50,401 nucleotides of DNA from Candidatus Omnitrophota bacterium (GTDB lineage: Bacteria > Omnitrophota > Gorgyraeia > Gygaellales > Gygaellaceae): assembly GCA_018400015.1 (NCBI GenBank), contig JAGYNB010000002.1, forward strand, positions 1 to 50,401, read 5' to 3'. A program made the translations under genes and the position numbers. Under the pieces are notes generated by a model. That model did not search any database. It was not told the origin of the DNA and was given only the letters and a program-made list of their open reading frames with translations. This document shows, one piece after another, positions 47,348 to 50,401 of the stretch. Numbering within the stretch: position 1 is the stretch's first letter; every line of letters starts with the position of its first letter.

Positions 47348-48007
47348 ATGAGGAGACTTTCATACATAAGTGTTTTATTTATAGCAGCTTTTGTTTTTGT
47401 TTTAAATGGTTGTACTATAGTTTTTCAGAAAGGGAGAAGATCTGATTTAGAAGAGATTGATAAGCTTTCCACAAGGCTTAATGATTTGGAACAGGCAAGA
47501 AGGCTTCTAACAGAAAGATTAAAACAAGAGATTTCAGACAAGAACGTAAGGCTGGATATGCTTGAAAAGGGTCTTGTTATTTCTTTTGTGGCTGATGTTC
47601 TTTTTGATTCCGGCAAAGCAAAGATAAAAACAGATTTTTATGATACGTTGGACAAGGTTGCAAGAGTTTTAAAAGAAAATGTGCCTGACTTGGAAGTAGG
47701 AATCGAAGGACACACGGATAACGTACCAATAAAGTTCTCGCGTTGGAAGGATAACTGGGAGTTGTCTAGCCAGAGAGCTCTCAGCGTGTTAAGATATTTA
47801 GCAAATAGTAAAGGAATAGAAGCGTCAAGACTTAGGGCAATTGGCTACGGAGAGCAAAAACCCATAGCTTCTAACGATAGCGATAGCGGTCGTAAGCTTA
47901 ATCGAAGAGTAGAAATAGTTATCTTGCCTGATGTGCAGAGGATATCTAAGGATACGGTTAAGTCTGAATCGGAAAGCTTGCCGCAGAACTGGAAAGAATT
48001 AAAGTAA
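47348..48007 (+). CDS. OmpA/MotB-family peptidoglycan-binding lipoprotein
   Basis: It has a lipobox (VLNGC), a coiled-coil linker and the OmpA_C motifs GHTDNVP, NWELSSQRA, GYGEQKP and NRRVEIVI. An AAGGAGG Shine-Dalgarno lies upstream. Confidence 0.88.
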   Translation: MRRLSYISVLFIAAFVFVLNGCTIVFQKGRRSDLEEIDKLSTRLNDLEQARRLLTERLKQEISDKNVRLDMLEKGLVISFVADVLFDSGKAKIKTDFYDTLDKVARVLKENVPDLEVGIEGHTDNVPIKFSRWKDNWELSSQRALSVLRYLANSKGIEASRLRAIGYGEQKPIASNDSDSGRKLNRRVEIVILPDVQRISKDTVKSESESLPQNWKELK

Positions 48008-48022
48008 TAACTTAACTTTTTC

Positions 48023-48394
48023 ATGGAAGAAGAAACGAAGCTTCGCGTGTTTGCTGTCTCTGTTATATTTAATATAATTTTTGTTTTTGCGATTATTGGG
48101 TTATTGGTAAGCTTAAGTAAGATTCGCGCAAGTAAATATGATGAAATAAGGCTACGTATTGAAACTGAAGAACAATATTCTGTTTTAAAAAAGAAGAAAA
48201 ATGACTTGGAGTTAGCCAATAAACATCTTTTAGAAGAGCTTAATGAAAAAGAGGATAAGTTGGATTTATTAAAAAAGACTATTGACAACGATTTCAATAT
48301 TAGAGTTAATAAAGAAAGCCTGCAAGAGCAAACAATCGATGACCATACAGATGATTTAAAAGTAGATAATATCAGCCCAAATAAAAGGGACTAG
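48023..48394 (+). CDS. Membrane-anchored coiled-coil protein (123 aa), hypothetical
   Basis: It has one TM helix (VFAVSVIFNIIFVFAIIGLLVSL) followed by a charged heptad-like region. The start is 15 nt after the OmpA-family stop. Confidence 0.5.
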   Translation: MEEETKLRVFAVSVIFNIIFVFAIIGLLVSLSKIRASKYDEIRLRIETEEQYSVLKKKKNDLELANKHLLEELNEKEDKLDLLKKTIDNDFNIRVNKESLQEQTIDDHTDDLKVDNISPNKRD

Positions 48395-48421
48395 AAGAAA
48401 AGATAAAGAAATTTTATACAC

Positions 48422-48448
48422 GAGGGATATTTTATCCCTCATTTTTTT
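48422..48448 (+). terminator. Rho-independent terminator-like hairpin
   Basis: The arm gagggat (48422-28) pairs with atccctc (48434-40) around the loop atttt, followed by A and a T7 run (48442-48). Confidence 0.72.
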
Positions 48449-48458
48449 GGAGAAAATT

Positions 48459-49268
48459 ATGAAAAAAAAGAAAGTTTCCAAGAAGAGATCAAGGGTTTCT
48501 TCAGGGTTGAAAAAGTCAAAGAAAGAAAACGTATCTAGCCATAAAAAGATATCTGTTAGAAAAAAATCAATAAAGAAAAAAGTTACTTTAAAAGTAACAA
48601 AAAAGGTTAGTAAAAGGAAAACGTTAAAGTCTGCTTCCAGGAAGAAGAAACTATCTTTAAAGCAGAAGGCCGTTTTTGAGCCTGCAGGAAATAATCCAGT
48701 AGTTTATCCTGTTAAGATTTCGTCAGAAGAATTTTCTTCTCGGGAACTGCCGCGTTTTTACGGAAAAGATTTTTTGAAGTTATTAGTTAGAGACCCCTGG
48801 TGCGTTTATGCTTATTGGGAGGTTACACCTTCGACTTTTGATAAATTCACAACTCGGCTGCAAAATAAAATTAATAATGCCAGGCTTATATTAAGGGTTT
48901 ATGATGTGACCGGTATAATTTTTAATGGTAATAACGCAAATAAGTTTTTTGACTTGGGGATAGATTACGATGTCTTAAATTGGTATATAAATACAAATAG
49001 TCCGGGTTTGAGTTTTTGTGTTGAGCTCGGGTTCTTGCTTGAGGATGGTGAGTTTGTCGTGATTTTGCGATCGAATACTGTGAATACACCTTTAGACAGG
49101 CCGTCTTCGGTGATAGATGAAAAATGGATGTTTCCTAAAGATCTTTTTAATATTCTTTATAAAATGAGTTTTGGTTTTCACGGGAGTTCACCTGTGGGAG
49201 ATTTATGGAGTGAGAGATTGCGTTTGGATATCTCTTCAGGTATTTTCTCCGTAAATAAATCTTTATAA
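48459..49268 (+). CDS. DUF4912-domain protein with a polybasic (Lys/Ser-rich) N-terminal tail
   Basis: The first ~75 aa are K/R/S-rich (KKKKVSKKRSRVSSGLKKSKK...). The C-terminal part has LKLLVRDPWCVYAYWEV, typical of DUF4912. I prefer the ATG at 48459 (GGAG 6 nt upstream) over the TTG at 48447, which lies inside the terminator T-tract. Confidence 0.78.
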   Translation: MKKKKVSKKRSRVSSGLKKSKKENVSSHKKISVRKKSIKKKVTLKVTKKVSKRKTLKSASRKKKLSLKQKAVFEPAGNNPVVYPVKISSEEFSSRELPRFYGKDFLKLLVRDPWCVYAYWEVTPSTFDKFTTRLQNKINNARLILRVYDVTGIIFNGNNANKFFDLGIDYDVLNWYINTNSPGLSFCVELGFLLEDGEFVVILRSNTVNTPLDRPSSVIDEKWMFPKDLFNILYKMSFGFHGSSPVGDLWSERLRLDISSGIFSVNKSL

Positions 49269-49291
49269 AAGCCGAATAAAACAAATAAGAA

Positions 49292-50401
49292 ATGGCTAAA
49301 GGATATCTTTGTTTAGTATTGCATGCACATCTTCCTTTTGTTCGTCATCCTGAATTTGACGACTTTTTGGAAGAGTTATGGTTTTATGAGGCGATTACCG
49401 AAACCTATATACCGCTGATAAAAGTTTTCGAAGGGCTTTTGAAAGACGGTGTGGATTTTCGTCTTACCATGAGTGTAACCCCAACCCTTGCGGCAATGCT
49501 TGGAGACACTATTTTACAAAATAGATATATAAGACATATTAATAGGCTTATTGAGCTTGCAAATAAGGAAATCCAGCGCAATGAGAGTTCTTTTGAGCTT
49601 TCCAATCTTTCCAGGATGTATCTGGAACATTTTTGTGATTGCCGCGATACCTTTGAGAAATATAATCGTAATCTAGTCACCGCGTTTAAGAATTTTCAGG
49701 ACGCAGGTAAGCTTGAGATAATAACCTGTGCTGCTACGCATGGTTATTTTCCTTTAATGGAAGCTAATGCTGCTTCCAAAAGGGCGCAATTAAAAGTTGC
49801 CGTGCAAAGTTATGAAAGTTGTTTTGGAAAGAAACCAACCGGCATATGGCTTCCTGAATGCGGGTATAATCCAGGTGATGACGAGCTGTTAAAAGAAGTG
49901 GGGATAAAATATTTCTTTAGCGACTCCCATGGGATACTACATGGTACGCCCAGGCCGAAGTATGGAGTTTTTGCTCCTGTATATTGCAAGTCTGGAGTGG
50001 CCAGTTTTGCAAGGGATTTGGAAACCGCCAAGCAAGTGTGGAGTTCAAAAGACGGCTATCCAGGTGATTATTATTATAGAGAGTTTTACCGCGATATTGG
50101 TTTTGATCTTGATTTCGATTACATCAAGCCTTATATACATCCTGATGGCATAAGGATAAATACCGGTATTAAGTATTATCGGATAACCGGAAGTGATCAT
50201 AAAGAACCTTACATGCCAGAACTAGCCAAGCAGAAAGCTGCAGAGCATGCGGGTAACTTTATGTTTAACAGGCAAAGGCAGGTTGAATATTTATTTGGCG
50301 TAATGAACAAAAAACCAATAATTGTTTCTCCTTATGATGCGGAACTCTTCGGGCATTGGTGGTATGAAGGGCCGCAGTGGATAGATTTTTTGATTAGGAA
50401 A
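49292..50401 (+). CDS. GH57-family alpha-glucan enzyme (1,4-alpha-glucan branching enzyme type), 3' end outside the window
   Basis: This gene is absent from the ORF track because no stop is reached. My translation from the ATG at 49292 reads MAKGYLCLVLHAHLPFVRHPE...ITCAATHGYFPL...GIWLPECGY...SPYDAELFGHWWYEGPQW. These are GH57 hallmarks, and the frame is open for 370 codons to the window edge. Confidence 0.9.
   Translation, partial: MAKGYLCLVLHAHLPFVRHPEFDDFLEELWFYEAITETYIPLIKVFEGLLKDGVDFRLTMSVTPTLAAMLGDTILQNRYIRHINRLIELANKEIQRNESSFELSNLSRMYLEHFCDCRDTFEKYNRNLVTAFKNFQDAGKLEIITCAATHGYFPLMEANAASKRAQLKVAVQSYESCFGKKPTGIWLPECGYNPGDDELLKEVGIKYFFSDSHGILHGTPRPKYGVFAPVYCKSGVASFARDLETAKQVWSSKDGYPGDYYYREFYRDIGFDLDFDYIKPYIHPDGIRINTGIKYYRITGSDHKEPYMPELAKQKAAEHAGNFMFNRQRQVEYLFGVMNKKPIIVSPYDAELFGHWWYEGPQWIDFLIRK

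Noticed and set aside
48459-48690. A repetitive A/G-rich DNA stretch (aaaaag/aagaaa) that might be mistaken for a tandem repeat or CRISPR-like array.
   Set aside because: It has no fixed period and no spacer-repeat structure. It is in frame and simply encodes the Lys/Ser-rich tail of the DUF4912 protein.
1-50401. A defence island, prophage, transposon, integron, CRISPR-Cas or toxin-antitoxin content.
   Set aside because: I recognised no integrase, transposase, reverse transcriptase, Cas, restriction-modification, Abi or TA-like proteins, and no terminal or direct repeats bounding a segment. RmuC, LOG, the macro domain and the radical SAM protein occur in conflict systems elsewhere, but here they sit in housekeeping contexts without partner genes.

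Overview
This is an AT-rich, very gene-dense bacterial chromosomal segment. I call 51 protein-coding genes, all on the + strand, many with 4-22 nt start/stop overlaps. I found no rRNA, tRNA, CRISPR array, transposase, integrase, or recognisable restriction or defence gene. Most of the content is core metabolism in long operon-like strings. (1) A glutamine-centred string: glnA (5' truncated), a small Fis-type HTH, gltB, gltD, an orphan 858-aa protein, carA, carB, pyrG. (2) A short accessory/signalling islet: B12-binding radical SAM protein, secreted protein, MEDS, membrane coiled-coil protein, PilZ, secreted GH17-like hydrolase. (3) A nearly gap-free run: purB, a PurS-PurS-PurL fusion, LOG, purQ, purM, purD, purE, a TsaC/LMW-phosphatase fusion, rpiB, glyA, dCMP deaminase, nrdR, bifunctional nuclease, YfcE phosphoesterase, cca, cupin, nth, GH5. 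(4) An ECF sigma/anti-sigma pair preceded by a secreted 26-residue-repeat protein. (5) A coupled set: YjbQ, Macro-Nudix fusion, SAM hydroxide adenosyltransferase (DUF62), TtcA. (6) rmuC, DUF167, pgeF, flavodoxin, ccdA, a TlpA-like thioredoxin, pncB and a MetE-like Zn enzyme. (7) An OmpA-type lipoprotein module, then DUF4912 plus a GH57 alpha-glucan enzyme that runs off the 3' edge. I see no clear multi-gene novel system such as a defence island or mobile element. The best second-look candidates are the orphan P-loop-less KaiC-like/PPDK-ATP-grasp protein between gltBD and carAB, the YjbQ/Macro-Nudix/DUF62/TtcA cluster, the radical-SAM/MEDS/PilZ islet, the repeat-protein/ECF module and the DUF4912-GH57 pair. 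All functional calls rest on motif recognition by eye in the supplied translations; no database search was run.
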